IMG/VR virus record: IMGVR_UViG_3300032266_000559
Span: 1-43,538 of that record
Source of the DNA: a virus
Taxonomy: Duplodnaviria; Caudoviricetes
DNA: 43,538 nt
Reading direction: 5' to 3' (one strand)
The notes beneath the pieces were generated by a model. That model was not told the DNA's origin and made no database searches. It saw only the letters and a list, made by a program, of their open reading frames with translations. Positions 34,990-43,538 of the stretch are shown one piece after another; the first letter of the stretch is position 1, and each line of letters begins with the position of its first letter. Made by a program: the position numbers and the translations under genes.

Positions 34990-36195
34990 ATGGTCGACTG
35001 GCCCTCAAAGCTGTGGCCCGCGTCGTTTCGCGGCGTGCCGTTCTACGTCGAGAAGGATGTCGAGGGCGGCAAGCGTCGCATCGTCAGCCATGAATTCCCG
35101 ATGCGCGACACGCCGTTCCACGAGGATCTCGGCGAGGGCCTGCGCAATTGGGACGTCACCGCCTATGTGGCGTCGGACAGCGTCACCGCGCAGGCGGCGG
35201 CGCTGGTCGCCGTCCTGGCCCTGCCTGGCGCGGCCGTCCTCGTCCTGCCGACTGCCGGCCCAGTGCAGGTCCGCGTCACCGAATGGAAACGCGAGCAGGG
35301 CCGCGACACGCAAGGCTATATCGCGTTCACAATCCAGTTCGTCCGCGAGGGCGCGGCGTTCGGCCTGATCGGCGTCGCGCAGCTTGCCCAGCAAGTGTTC
35401 GACGGCGCCGACACGCTCGGCGCGGTCGCCGGCCTGGTCGTCTCGGCGATCGAGGTCCGCAACCTGCCGGGCTCGGTCGCCGACGCGGCCGTCGCCGGCC
35501 TGCAGGACGCCTGCGCGATCCTCGAGGACGTGCGCACGTCCAACGCCGTCGACCCGACCATCTCGGCGCAGGCCGCCGACCTGCTGTCGAGCCTCTACGA
35601 CGACGCGCCGACCCTGATCTCCCGGCGCACCGGTGCGGACGCTGCCGCCGGCGAGCGCCTCGTCGCCGCCGCCCGGCTGATCGGCGACGGCATGGCGCCG
35701 GCCGATGCGTCCGCGGCGTTCGGCGCCCTGTCGGACGCCGAGCCGCCCACGCCCGCCGCCTACACGCTGGCGCCGACGCCGGCCGTGCGCCAGCGCAACA
35801 CCGCCCGGCTCGACCGAATGCTGCGGCTCGCCACGCTCGCCGCCTGGGGCGACGCGCTGATGGGCAAGACCTATGCGGCCCGCGGCGACGGCGTCGCCGA
35901 TCGGGCGCTGGCGTCGATCCGGTTCGGCATTGCGCTCGCGGATCTCGGCGGCGCCGAGAACCTCGAAGCCTATGCGGCCACGGCGGCGCAGCGCGGCCGG
36001 GTCGCCGCCTACCTGTCGCGGTTGATCACCGATCTGGCGCCGGTCATCACCGTGACCGCCCCGGTCCGCCTGCCGTCGCTCTATTGGGCCTGGCGCCTGT
36101 ACGAGGACCCGACCCGCGCGCCGGAGCTGGTCGCCCGCAACGGCGTCCGCCATCCCGCCCACATGCCGCCGGCGTTCCAGGCGCTGGCAAGCTGA
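34990..36195 (+). CDS. Mu gpN-like DNA circularization / tail protein
   Basis: ASFRGVPF...HEFP.RD...EDLG; LY.D..RA.ELV.RN...HP. Confidence 0.88.
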   Translation: MVDWPSKLWPASFRGVPFYVEKDVEGGKRRIVSHEFPMRDTPFHEDLGEGLRNWDVTAYVASDSVTAQAAALVAVLALPGAAVLVLPTAGPVQVRVTEWKREQGRDTQGYIAFTIQFVREGAAFGLIGVAQLAQQVFDGADTLGAVAGLVVSAIEVRNLPGSVADAAVAGLQDACAILEDVRTSNAVDPTISAQAADLLSSLYDDAPTLISRRTGADAAAGERLVAAARLIGDGMAPADASAAFGALSDAEPPTPAAYTLAPTPAVRQRNTARLDRMLRLATLAAWGDALMGKTYAARGDGVADRALASIRFGIALADLGGAENLEAYAATAAQRGRVAAYLSRLITDLAPVITVTAPVRLPSLYWAWRLYEDPTRAPELVARNGVRHPAHMPPAFQALAS

Positions 36196-37280
36196 TGGGT
36201 CCGGAGCGCATCACGGTCTCGGCCGGCGGCCAGTCCTGGTCCGCCTGGACGAGTGCCTCGGTCGGCGCCAGCGCCAAGGAAGCGGCGCGCTCGTTCCGGC
36301 TCGCGGTCGCGGCCGAGGTCGGCGCGATCGCCACGGCCTGGACGTTCAAGGCCGGCACGCTTGTGACGATCACGGCCAACGGCTCGCTGTTGTGCACCGG
36401 CTACGTCGACCGATACCAGCCCTCGATCTCGGCGACCGATGCGTCGGTCACCATCACCGGCCGGTCGAAATCGCAGGACGCGATCGACTCGTCGGCGATC
36501 CACAAGACGGGCCGGTTCGAGAAGAAAACCGCCGTCGACATCGCGAACGAGCTGGGCAAGACGGTCGGCGTCACCTTCGCCGCCGACGACACCCTGCCGC
36601 AGATCGCGAAATGGCAGATCACGCCCGGCGAGACGATCTTCCAGGGGGTCGAGCGCCTGGCGCGCGACCACGGCTACACGCTCGCGGGCCAGCCCGACGG
36701 CAGCGTCAAGTTCTTCAAGGCCGACAAGGCGCAAAGCCAGGCGGGTGCGCTCGTCGAGGGCGTCAACATCATCAGCGGCGAGGCTGATCACAACTGGTCG
36801 AACCGGCATAGCGAGTACCGGGTCCGCGGCCAGCGCGCGACGGGCAGCACCGCCGACGACCTGCAGATCGAGGCGATCGCCCGCGACGCCGGCGTCGGCC
36901 GCTACCGGCCGCTCGTCATCGTCGAGCAGAAAGACACCGACAAGGAACGCGCCAAGGGCAAGGCCGGCGCGCGGCGCGACAAGCAGGCCGGCGCGTCGCT
37001 GTCGGCCTCGATCACCGTCCAAGGCTTCCGTGACGAAGGCGGCGAGCTGTGGACGCCGGGCCGCAAGGTGTGGGTCGAGAGCCCGTACCTGTACCTGACG
37101 CAAGACATGCTGATCGAGTCCGTCACCTATTCGCAGGACCGGTCGGGATCGCTGACCAAGCTGTCGCTGGTCGACCCTAAAGCCCATGGCGGCAAGACCG
37201 GCAAGGCCGCCAAGTCGGGCGACGCCTGGACGGTCGGCGCGACGCCGCCGGAAGCAACCGCAGCAGGATCGGGCGAATAA
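36195..37280 (+). CDS. Baseplate hub (Mu gpP-like)
   Basis: GYVD, GRSK.QD.IDSS, PGET, RYRPLVI, LWTPG. Confidence 0.88.
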   Translation: MGPERITVSAGGQSWSAWTSASVGASAKEAARSFRLAVAAEVGAIATAWTFKAGTLVTITANGSLLCTGYVDRYQPSISATDASVTITGRSKSQDAIDSSAIHKTGRFEKKTAVDIANELGKTVGVTFAADDTLPQIAKWQITPGETIFQGVERLARDHGYTLAGQPDGSVKFFKADKAQSQAGALVEGVNIISGEADHNWSNRHSEYRVRGQRATGSTADDLQIEAIARDAGVGRYRPLVIVEQKDTDKERAKGKAGARRDKQAGASLSASITVQGFRDEGGELWTPGRKVWVESPYLYLTQDMLIESVTYSQDRSGSLTKLSLVDPKAHGGKTGKAAKSGDAWTVGATPPEATAAGSGE

Positions 37281-37780
37281 TGCCGAGCGAGGATCGCGAC
37301 GCCATCGCCACCATGATCCGGCGCGGCACGCTCAAGCAATTCGACGCCACCGGATCGCAGCACCTGGCCCGCGTCACCGGCCTGCGCGGCGAGGAACTGG
37401 CGGGCGTCCCGCGGTTCAAGGAATTCGGGTTCTCGTCGCACCCGCCGATCGGCTCGACCGCCACCATCATGGCGCTGGGCGGCCGGTCCGACCGCGCCAT
37501 GGTCGTCGGCATCGACCACGCCGACCACGGCCCGCGCGACCTCGAAACCGGGCACACGGCCCTCTATGACGCCTACGGCAACACGGTCAGCCTCGTGCAG
37601 AAACGCATTCGGATCGTCAGCTCAGGCACCGTCTCGATCAAGGCCCCGGTGATCATCCTCGACGGGCTGGTGAAGCTCGGCGGCGAGGACGCGAACAAGC
37701 CGGCCTCGATGCTCGGCACGACCGACAGCGCCGGCCATTCCGAGATCGGCAACCTCGCGACACGGGTCCTCGTGAAATGA
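37280..37780 (+). CDS. Baseplate spike (Mu gp45/gpV-like)
   Basis: FGFSSHPP.G, LGG.SD, G.TALYD. Confidence 0.85.
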   Translation: MPSEDRDAIATMIRRGTLKQFDATGSQHLARVTGLRGEELAGVPRFKEFGFSSHPPIGSTATIMALGGRSDRAMVVGIDHADHGPRDLETGHTALYDAYGNTVSLVQKRIRIVSSGTVSIKAPVIILDGLVKLGGEDANKPASMLGTTDSAGHSEIGNLATRVLVK

Positions 37781-38316
37781 CCACCATTCGCCTGCGCGAC
37801 GGCGAGGCCTGCGCGCCCGATCCGTTCCTGCTGTGGGACACCGTCTGGAATTCGCAGACGGGCCGCGGCGATTGGGCCTTGGCGACCTCGTCCGAGGTCG
37901 GCAACGCCGGCGGCCTGCAGGCGAAAGCCGGGCTCGAGACGGCCGTGATCCTGAGCCTGTTCGTCGATCGCCGCGTCCCCGTCGATCATCCTCTCGCCTG
38001 GCTCGCCGGCCCGGACCGCCGCGGCTGGTGGGGCGACGGCGTGCGCCAGACCGGCGAGGTCGAGACCGGGTCGCTGCTGTGGCTGCTCGAGCGCGCGCCG
38101 CTCGACGCTCAGACGGCGCGCTGGGCCGAGGCGATCGCCCTCGACGCGCTGGCGCCGCTCGTCCAGCAGGGCGCCGTCGTCAAGCTCGAGGCAAGGGCCG
38201 AGGCGCGCCTCGCCGACAACCGGCTCGATCTCGGAATTTCGCTCTACGGCCGCTCCGGCACGAAAATCTATGCCCGCAAGTTCGAGCGGCTTTGGCAGCA
38301 AGAGGGGCTCGCCTGA
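37777..38316 (+). CDS. Baseplate protein (Mu gp46-like)
   Basis: LETAVILSLF.DRR, RGWWGD, GSLLWLLER. Confidence 0.9.
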   Translation: MTTIRLRDGEACAPDPFLLWDTVWNSQTGRGDWALATSSEVGNAGGLQAKAGLETAVILSLFVDRRVPVDHPLAWLAGPDRRGWWGDGVRQTGEVETGSLLWLLERAPLDAQTARWAEAIALDALAPLVQQGAVVKLEARAEARLADNRLDLGISLYGRSGTKIYARKFERLWQQEGLA

Positions 38317-39419
38317 TGGTGTTTCGCATTCCGTCGCTGGGCGAGCTGGTCGACCAGGTCCGCGCGGCATTCCGGTCCGAGCTGCCGGGCTCCGACGCCT
38401 GGCTTGAGCCGAACAATGTGACCGTGACCGCCAAGGTGCTGGGCGGCGAGCTGTCGCAGATCCATGGCCGGCTCGACTATATCTCGCGCCAGAAATTCGC
38501 GCTGACGGCCGACAGCGAGAATCTGGACCGCCACGCCCAGGAGATCGGCCTCGCCCGCCTGCCGGCCGCCCTGGCGTCCGGCGTCGTGGTGTTCGCGACC
38601 ACGGCCGCGACCGTCGTGGTCGAGGGCGCGGTCGTGCAGCGGGCCGACGGCATCACCTACCGGATCACCCGCGGCGGCACGACGAGCGGCGTCAGCACCT
38701 TGCCGCTGCCGGCCGTGGCGGTGTCCGCCGGCCGGGCCGGCAATGCGGTCGCCAATGCCAGCCTGACGATCACGTCCGGCGTCACCGGCACGGCGACGGC
38801 CGCGATCGGCGCGGCCGGGTTCACCGGCGGCGCCGACATCGAGGACGACGAGGCGCTGCGCGCCCGCATCCTGTTCCGCAAGCGCAATCCGCCCCACGGC
38901 GGCTCGCCGGCCGACTATGTGATGTGGGCCGGCGCGGTCCCGGGCGTCAGCCGCGTGTTCGTCGAGCGGCTGTGGAACGGCCCCGGCACGATCCGGATCT
39001 ATCCGCTCGCCGACGACACGAACTCGACCGGCATCCCCTCGGCCACGCTGGTGGCGTCCGTCGCGACCGCGCTTGAGGCGCTGCGCCCGGCCGGCGCTGC
39101 CGTCACCGTCCAGGCGCCGACCGCCTATCCGATCGCCGTGGAGGTGTCGGGCCTGCTGCCGTCGACCGTTGCGGTCCGCGAGGCCGTTCTGGCCGAGCTG
39201 CGCGACGCCGTCCGCCGCGAATCCCGCGTGGCCGGGACCGACAAGGTCGTCTCGGCCCTGCCGTTCCTGGCGACACCCCAGGTGTTTTCGCGGTCCTGGC
39301 TGTGGCAGGCCGTCGCCAATGCGGCCGGCGAGACCCGCCACGTCCTGGCGACGCCGTCCGGCGACCTGACCATCCCGGCGGGCTCGATCGCCACGCTCGG
39401 CACCGTCTCGTTCACCTGA
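38316..39419 (+). CDS. Baseplate J-like wedge protein (Mu gp47-like)
   Basis: GGAD.E.DE.LRAR...PPHGG...DY..WA..VPGV.R. Confidence 0.92.
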   Translation: MVFRIPSLGELVDQVRAAFRSELPGSDAWLEPNNVTVTAKVLGGELSQIHGRLDYISRQKFALTADSENLDRHAQEIGLARLPAALASGVVVFATTAATVVVEGAVVQRADGITYRITRGGTTSGVSTLPLPAVAVSAGRAGNAVANASLTITSGVTGTATAAIGAAGFTGGADIEDDEALRARILFRKRNPPHGGSPADYVMWAGAVPGVSRVFVERLWNGPGTIRIYPLADDTNSTGIPSATLVASVATALEALRPAGAAVTVQAPTAYPIAVEVSGLLPSTVAVREAVLAELRDAVRRESRVAGTDKVVSALPFLATPQVFSRSWLWQAVANAAGETRHVLATPSGDLTIPAGSIATLGTVSFT

Positions 39420-39432
39420 CGGGGACCGCGCC

Positions 39433-40101
39433 ATGTCCTGTCCGACCATCATCACCGACATCGACCGGTGCCCGACCCAGCCGGAGGTCCTGCAGCGCCT
39501 GCTTGCGCTGCTGCCGCGCGGCCGCGCCTACAATAACCATGACGGCGGCCCGCAGGCCTCCGGCCCCAATGCCACCACGCTCGGCCGGTTCTGGTCGGCG
39601 CTCGCCGTCGTGATCGCCACGCTTGAGGCGCGGATCTGCGCCCTGCGCGAGGAATTTTTCTGCGTCACGCATGTTGAGACGCACGACCTCTGGCTCGCCG
39701 AGTACGGCCTGCCGGATGCGTGTGACCCGTTCCCCGACCTCTGCGCCAAGGTGTCGGCGCTCGGCGGCTCGCGGTGTGAGTATTTCGCGGCCGTCGCGCT
39801 GCGGGCCGGCTGGCTGATCGGCTGCACCGACGACGACCAGTGCACGACCTATGCGGGCTCCGGCGTGGCGCTCGCCGGCCGGGCCTTCACCGGCTACGGC
39901 CCGCGCTGGGCGACGCTGTTCATCACCGTTTACCTGTCGCAGTCGCCCGCTTATGTGGCGCCGACCACGACGCCGCCGCTCGCCGGCCGCCTGCTGGCCG
40001 GTATGCCGCTCGCCTGCACGACGCCCGATATCGGCCCGCTGCGATGCCTGATCGAGCGGATCGTGCCGGCTCATTGCGTCGTCGCCTGGACGTTCGCCTG
40101 A
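39433..40101 (+). CDS. Baseplate wedge protein (Mu gp48/DUF2313-like)
   Basis: LLALLPRGRA, W..EYGLPD, C.IERI.PAH. Confidence 0.85.
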   Translation: MSCPTIITDIDRCPTQPEVLQRLLALLPRGRAYNNHDGGPQASGPNATTLGRFWSALAVVIATLEARICALREEFFCVTHVETHDLWLAEYGLPDACDPFPDLCAKVSALGGSRCEYFAAVALRAGWLIGCTDDDQCTTYAGSGVALAGRAFTGYGPRWATLFITVYLSQSPAYVAPTTTPPLAGRLLAGMPLACTTPDIGPLRCLIERIVPAHCVVAWTFA

Positions 40102-40143
40102 CCGCCGATTCCTGACCCCTGCGCCTGACAGAAAGGCCCAACC

Positions 40144-41142
40144 ATGACCGATATTCTCGGCCCGGCGTCTGCCGCCAATGCCGTCACCGTCGATCCCGGC
40201 GAAAGCCGGACTTTTGGCGGCACCGACTCGTTTTTCAAGGATTGCACGACGCCGTCGGCGGTCGACGGAACGGCCCTGCAGGCCGCATTCCTGAACGGTA
40301 TCCTGCGCCAGCTCCGGACCGCGATCCGCGACGCCGGCGTAACCGAGGACAACGCCTCGACCATGCTGCGCGATGCGTTCCGCGCCCGCGTCGCCAAGGC
40401 TGGCGACACCATGACGGGCCTGCTGACGCTGTCGGGCGCGCCGACCGCATCCCTGCACGCCGCCACCAAGACCTATGTGGACACCGCCGACGCGCTGCGG
40501 CTGCTGCTGACCGGCGGCACGCTGACCGGCCCGCTGGTGCTGGCCGCCGACCCGGCCGCCGCCCTGCAGGCCGCGACGAAGCAGTATGTAGACTTGCGGC
40601 TTGCGCTGGCCGGCGGGACGATGACCGGCGCGCTGACGCTGGCCGCCGACCCGTCGTCTGCCCTGCAGGCCGCGACGAAGCAATACGTCGATTACTATCG
40701 CCAGGTTGACGTGATCATGCGCGACGAGCGCACCACAGGCACGGCCGGCGGCACCGGCGTCGCGCCGCCAAGCCGCACGACGCTGCCGCTGAACACGACC
40801 AGCAAGAATCGCGGCTCGCTCACGTCGCTGTCCTCGAACCAGTTCACCCTCCCGGCCGGCACCTTCTACATGCAGGCTTGGTCGAGCGGTAACGACCAGA
40901 GCGCCGGCAAGATGTTCCTGCGCAACGTCACCGACAGCACCGACCTGCTGCAGGGGCCGCACGGTGGCGCGTTTGGCATCCTGGGGTTCATCTCCGGCGA
41001 GTTCACGCTGGCGGCCACCAAGACGTTGCGCCTCGAAGCCGTGATCAACGGCGGCGGCGACGGCGCGGCCGAGCTTGGCCAGCCCTACAGCGGCACCGGA
41101 ACGGAAGTCTATCGGCACGTCGAAATCACCCGAATCGCTTGA
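40144..41142 (+). CDS. Short tail fibre protein
   Basis: Three G.TMTG.L.L..DP...LQAATKQYVD repeats; follows the baseplate genes. Confidence 0.8.
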   Translation: MTDILGPASAANAVTVDPGESRTFGGTDSFFKDCTTPSAVDGTALQAAFLNGILRQLRTAIRDAGVTEDNASTMLRDAFRARVAKAGDTMTGLLTLSGAPTASLHAATKTYVDTADALRLLLTGGTLTGPLVLAADPAAALQAATKQYVDLRLALAGGTMTGALTLAADPSSALQAATKQYVDYYRQVDVIMRDERTTGTAGGTGVAPPSRTTLPLNTTSKNRGSLTSLSSNQFTLPAGTFYMQAWSSGNDQSAGKMFLRNVTDSTDLLQGPHGGAFGILGFISGEFTLAATKTLRLEAVINGGGDGAAELGQPYSGTGTEVYRHVEITRIA

Positions 41143-41150
41143 GGCCAGCC

Positions 41151-41849
41151 ATGACCGAATCCGCCTTTGTGCTCGTCCCGCGCGCCTCTCTGCCGCCGGC
41201 CCTCGCGCTGTCGATCGTCGGCGTCCGCGACGAGGCCGTGATCCTGCCGCTCGGTCCTGCCATCGGCGACGCCGAGGCGCTCGACCTCGACCCGCCGGCG
41301 CCCGCGCCGGGCACCGCCGCGGTCTATGACCTGGCGGCCGGCGCCTGGCTGACGCTGCCCGACCATCGCGGCGAACGCTGGTGGAATGATCAGGTCCCGG
41401 TCTACATTTTGGCCGAAGAGCTGGGTCGCGACCCGGAGGCCGAGGGCCTCACCCGCGAGCCCGGCCCGATGCCGCTCGACGTCGCCCGCGACTCCAAGCG
41501 CCTCGAAATGGACGCGGCCTGTTCGAAGGCGATCACCGGCGGGTTCGTGTCCTCGGCGCTCGGCGCACCGCACCGCTACGGCAACGCCCTGACCGACCAG
41601 GTCAACCTCCTCGGATCGGTGCTGGCGGTGATGTCGCTCGGCGCCGACTCGTCGCCGCTGACCTGCCGGGACCCGAAAGGCGAGTGGGCGCTGCGGCCTC
41701 ACACCGCCGCGCAGATCGTCGCCGTCGGCGAGGACGGCAAGGCCTGGGTCGTGGCGTGCCGTCAGCACCTGTCCGAGCTGCGCGCGCAGATCGCCGGCGC
41801 CACCACGGCCGCCGCCGTGCTCGCGCTCACCTGGACGGACCCGGCCTGA
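41151..41849 (+). CDS. Tail fibre assembly / DUF4376-like protein 1
   Basis: W...PDHRGE; I.GGF.SSALG..H.Y...DQ.NL; HTAAQI. Confidence 0.7.
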   Translation: MTESAFVLVPRASLPPALALSIVGVRDEAVILPLGPAIGDAEALDLDPPAPAPGTAAVYDLAAGAWLTLPDHRGERWWNDQVPVYILAEELGRDPEAEGLTREPGPMPLDVARDSKRLEMDAACSKAITGGFVSSALGAPHRYGNALTDQVNLLGSVLAVMSLGADSSPLTCRDPKGEWALRPHTAAQIVAVGEDGKAWVVACRQHLSELRAQIAGATTAAAVLALTWTDPA

Positions 41850-42589
41850 TGACCGCCGCCCCGATGACGCCGGGCTCGGCCGAATATGCGGCCTTCATGT
41901 CGCAGCCGCCGACGCCGCCCGATATCGGGAATCCGATATCGGCTGAACCGCCGCCGCCGCCGCCGATCGCCTATGTGATCGACCCGCTGACCGGCGCGTT
42001 GCTCTACTCAACACCTTGGCCCGGCGAGGATCTGTCGTCGCTGTGCGCCATGGGCCAGATGGCCACGCGCGTCGCGCCGCCGGCCTTCGCCGGCGGGTTC
42101 GTGCCGCGCTGGCACGATGGCGCGTGGGAACTGCAGCAGGACCACGCCGGCGAGGTCTGGTTCACGGCGGACGGCGCGCCGATCGTCGTCGAGGCCGGCG
42201 TCGACCCGGCCGCCCGCGGCCTGACGCGCGATCCGCCACCGCCCACGCCTGCGGCGTTGCGGGCCTATCTGGCCGACCGTCGCCGCCGCGCCGTTGACGC
42301 CGGCGTCATGGTTGACGGCGTCCCGTTCAGGACTGACCGCGACAGCCGGTCCGACCTGGTCGGCGCGATCGTGTGGGCCGGGCTTTATCCGGAAGGCGTG
42401 CGCCAATGGCTGACGCCGACAGGGTGGGTCGACTTGACGTCGCAGCAGCTGATCGCCGCCGGCGTCGCCGTCGCGACGCATGTGCAGGCCTGCTTTGACC
42501 GCCAGGCCGAGATCGAGGCCGAGATCGAGGCCGGCACCATCACGACGCCGGCCGAGATCGACGCGGCCACCTGGCCGCCGGCCGCATAG
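41849..42589 (+). CDS. Tail fibre assembly / DUF4376-like protein 2
   Basis: DHAGE.W; TDRDSR; HVQACFD. Confidence 0.7.
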   Translation: MTAAPMTPGSAEYAAFMSQPPTPPDIGNPISAEPPPPPPIAYVIDPLTGALLYSTPWPGEDLSSLCAMGQMATRVAPPAFAGGFVPRWHDGAWELQQDHAGEVWFTADGAPIVVEAGVDPAARGLTRDPPPPTPAALRAYLADRRRRAVDAGVMVDGVPFRTDRDSRSDLVGAIVWAGLYPEGVRQWLTPTGWVDLTSQQLIAAGVAVATHVQACFDRQAEIEAEIEAGTITTPAEIDAATWPPAA

Positions 42590-42597
42590 GAGTCGCC

Positions 42598-42978
42598 ATG
42601 ACGACCATCAAGACGCTGCCGCGGTATGAGGTCACGATCGAGGCCTCAAACAACGAGGACCTGGTGCTGGCCCTCGACTTCTCGGCGGCCGACAACGTGA
42701 CGCCGATTGCCCTGACCGGCATCGCTTTCCGGTTCACGGTCCGCGCCAATGCTGACGACGTGGCGGCGGCGATCGCCGCGACCACGGCGGCCGGCACGCT
42801 GGCGATCGGCACCGGTTCGCCCGACCCGACCAATCGCCTCCTGTTCTCGATTCCGCAGGCCACCATGGCAACCGTGCAGCCCGGGGCCTACATCTTCGAC
42901 CTGCAGGCGATCGCCGACGGCGTGACCCTGACGGTCGCCTATGGCCAGATCCTGATCGCCCAGGGCGTGTCGCGGTGA
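42598..42978 (+). CDS. BppU-N-like fibre adaptor protein
   Basis: PIALTG, G.Y.FDLQ, G.I.I..GVSR. Confidence 0.6.
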   Translation: MTTIKTLPRYEVTIEASNNEDLVLALDFSAADNVTPIALTGIAFRFTVRANADDVAAAIAATTAAGTLAIGTGSPDPTNRLLFSIPQATMATVQPGAYIFDLQAIADGVTLTVAYGQILIAQGVSR

Positions 42979-43538
42979 GCCGCGTCCTGTCGGTCGTCCG
43001 GCATAGCAGGCTGACGGTCGGCCAGGCCTCTCCGGCCGTCGTTACGACCGCGCCGACGCCGACGCTCAACCAGACCGCCGACATCGCCCCGGTGCGCCCG
43101 CGCGGCGTGCGGACGATCCGCCGGCACAACCGGATCTACTTCGGCAAGCCGGCGACGACCCAGCTCGTCAGCGAGGATTTCTACGCGGCGCTCAATGCCC
43201 GCATGGACGGCGCCTATGCGGCGGTGACGTTCGAGGCCTCGGCCCGCATCTCCGGCGACAGCTCGGTCGCCTCGTCGGTCACCAGCCTGTCGTCTTCGTT
43301 CACGACCTACCAGGGCACCGCCAACGGGCGCCTGACGAGCCTCGAGGGCACGACCGGCACGCTCGGCACGCGCATGACGACGGCCGAATCCGCGATCACG
43401 ACCGAGGCCACGACCCGGGCCACGGCCGACAGCGCCAACGCCTCGTCGATCTCGTCGCTGTCCTCCTCGTTCACAAGCTACCAGACCAGCAACAATTCGG
43501 CGGTGTCGGCGGCGGCCACGGCCGCCAGCCGCATCCGC
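42975..43538 (+). CDS. Long tail fibre, 5' part (continues at position 124 after the overlap)
   Basis: GTGA overlap start; open frame to the window end, in frame with ORF 88..2910. Confidence 0.8.
   Translation, partial: MSRVLSVVRHSRLTVGQASPAVVTTAPTPTLNQTADIAPVRPRGVRTIRRHNRIYFGKPATTQLVSEDFYAALNARMDGAYAAVTFEASARISGDSSVASSVTSLSSSFTTYQGTANGRLTSLEGTTGTLGTRMTTAESAITTEATTRATADSANASSISSLSSSFTSYQTSNNSAVSAAATAASRIR
43416..43538 (+). repeat. Terminal direct repeat copy 2
   Basis: Identical to 1-123. Confidence 0.95.

Larger units (their letters stand above)
1..43538. mobile_element. Complete temperate phage genome (lambda-like head/packaging, Mu-like contractile tail, tyrosine integrase), circular/excised form
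   Basis: All phage modules present, no host genes, internal integrase next to an intact attP-like region, identical 123-bp ends. Confidence 0.95.

Noticed and set aside
22184-39461. Many long antisense ORFs in the structural region
   Set aside because: Shadow ORFs typical of high-GC coding DNA, with no recognisable motifs
30336-40101. Transposable Mu-like phage
   Set aside because: Only the tail is Mu-like; no MuA/MuB, and the genome has a tyrosine integrase and a P4-like replicon

Overview
The window is an apparently complete, circular-mapping temperate phage genome of about 43.4 kb; bases 1-123 are identical to 43416-43538. It is GC-rich, and gene content suggests an alphaproteobacterial (Rhizobiales-like) host. 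Modules present: a long tail fibre spanning the junction, a GH19 endolysin/spanin lysis cassette, attP + tyrosine integrase + Xis, an early-left operon, a CI/Cro switch with four operators, a ParB-like protein + adenine methyltransferase, a P4-like primase/helicase with an iteron origin, a lambda-like cos/terminase/portal, a protease-capsid fusion and a Mu-like contractile tail. The standout lies in the early-left operon (minus strand). A stand-alone Cas7/RAMP-like gene (10376-11047) and a 153-aa partner gene are followed by a 13-bp hairpin and a ~500-bp non-coding array of ~92 GGC-NN pentamers. One-nucleotide-short AGGC marks divide the array into 10 units of 7-12 variable dinucleotides. This looks like a non-CRISPR, phage-encoded RNA-guided system; it resembles my unverified recollection of recently reported VIPR systems. 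Reading one unit's dinucleotides as a gapped NN-x code gives G-T-S-T-G-G-I-I, the patatin/CapV-type phospholipase catalytic motif, hinting at targeting of a host (possibly defence) gene. All protein calls come from motif recognition and synteny by eye, not from database searches.
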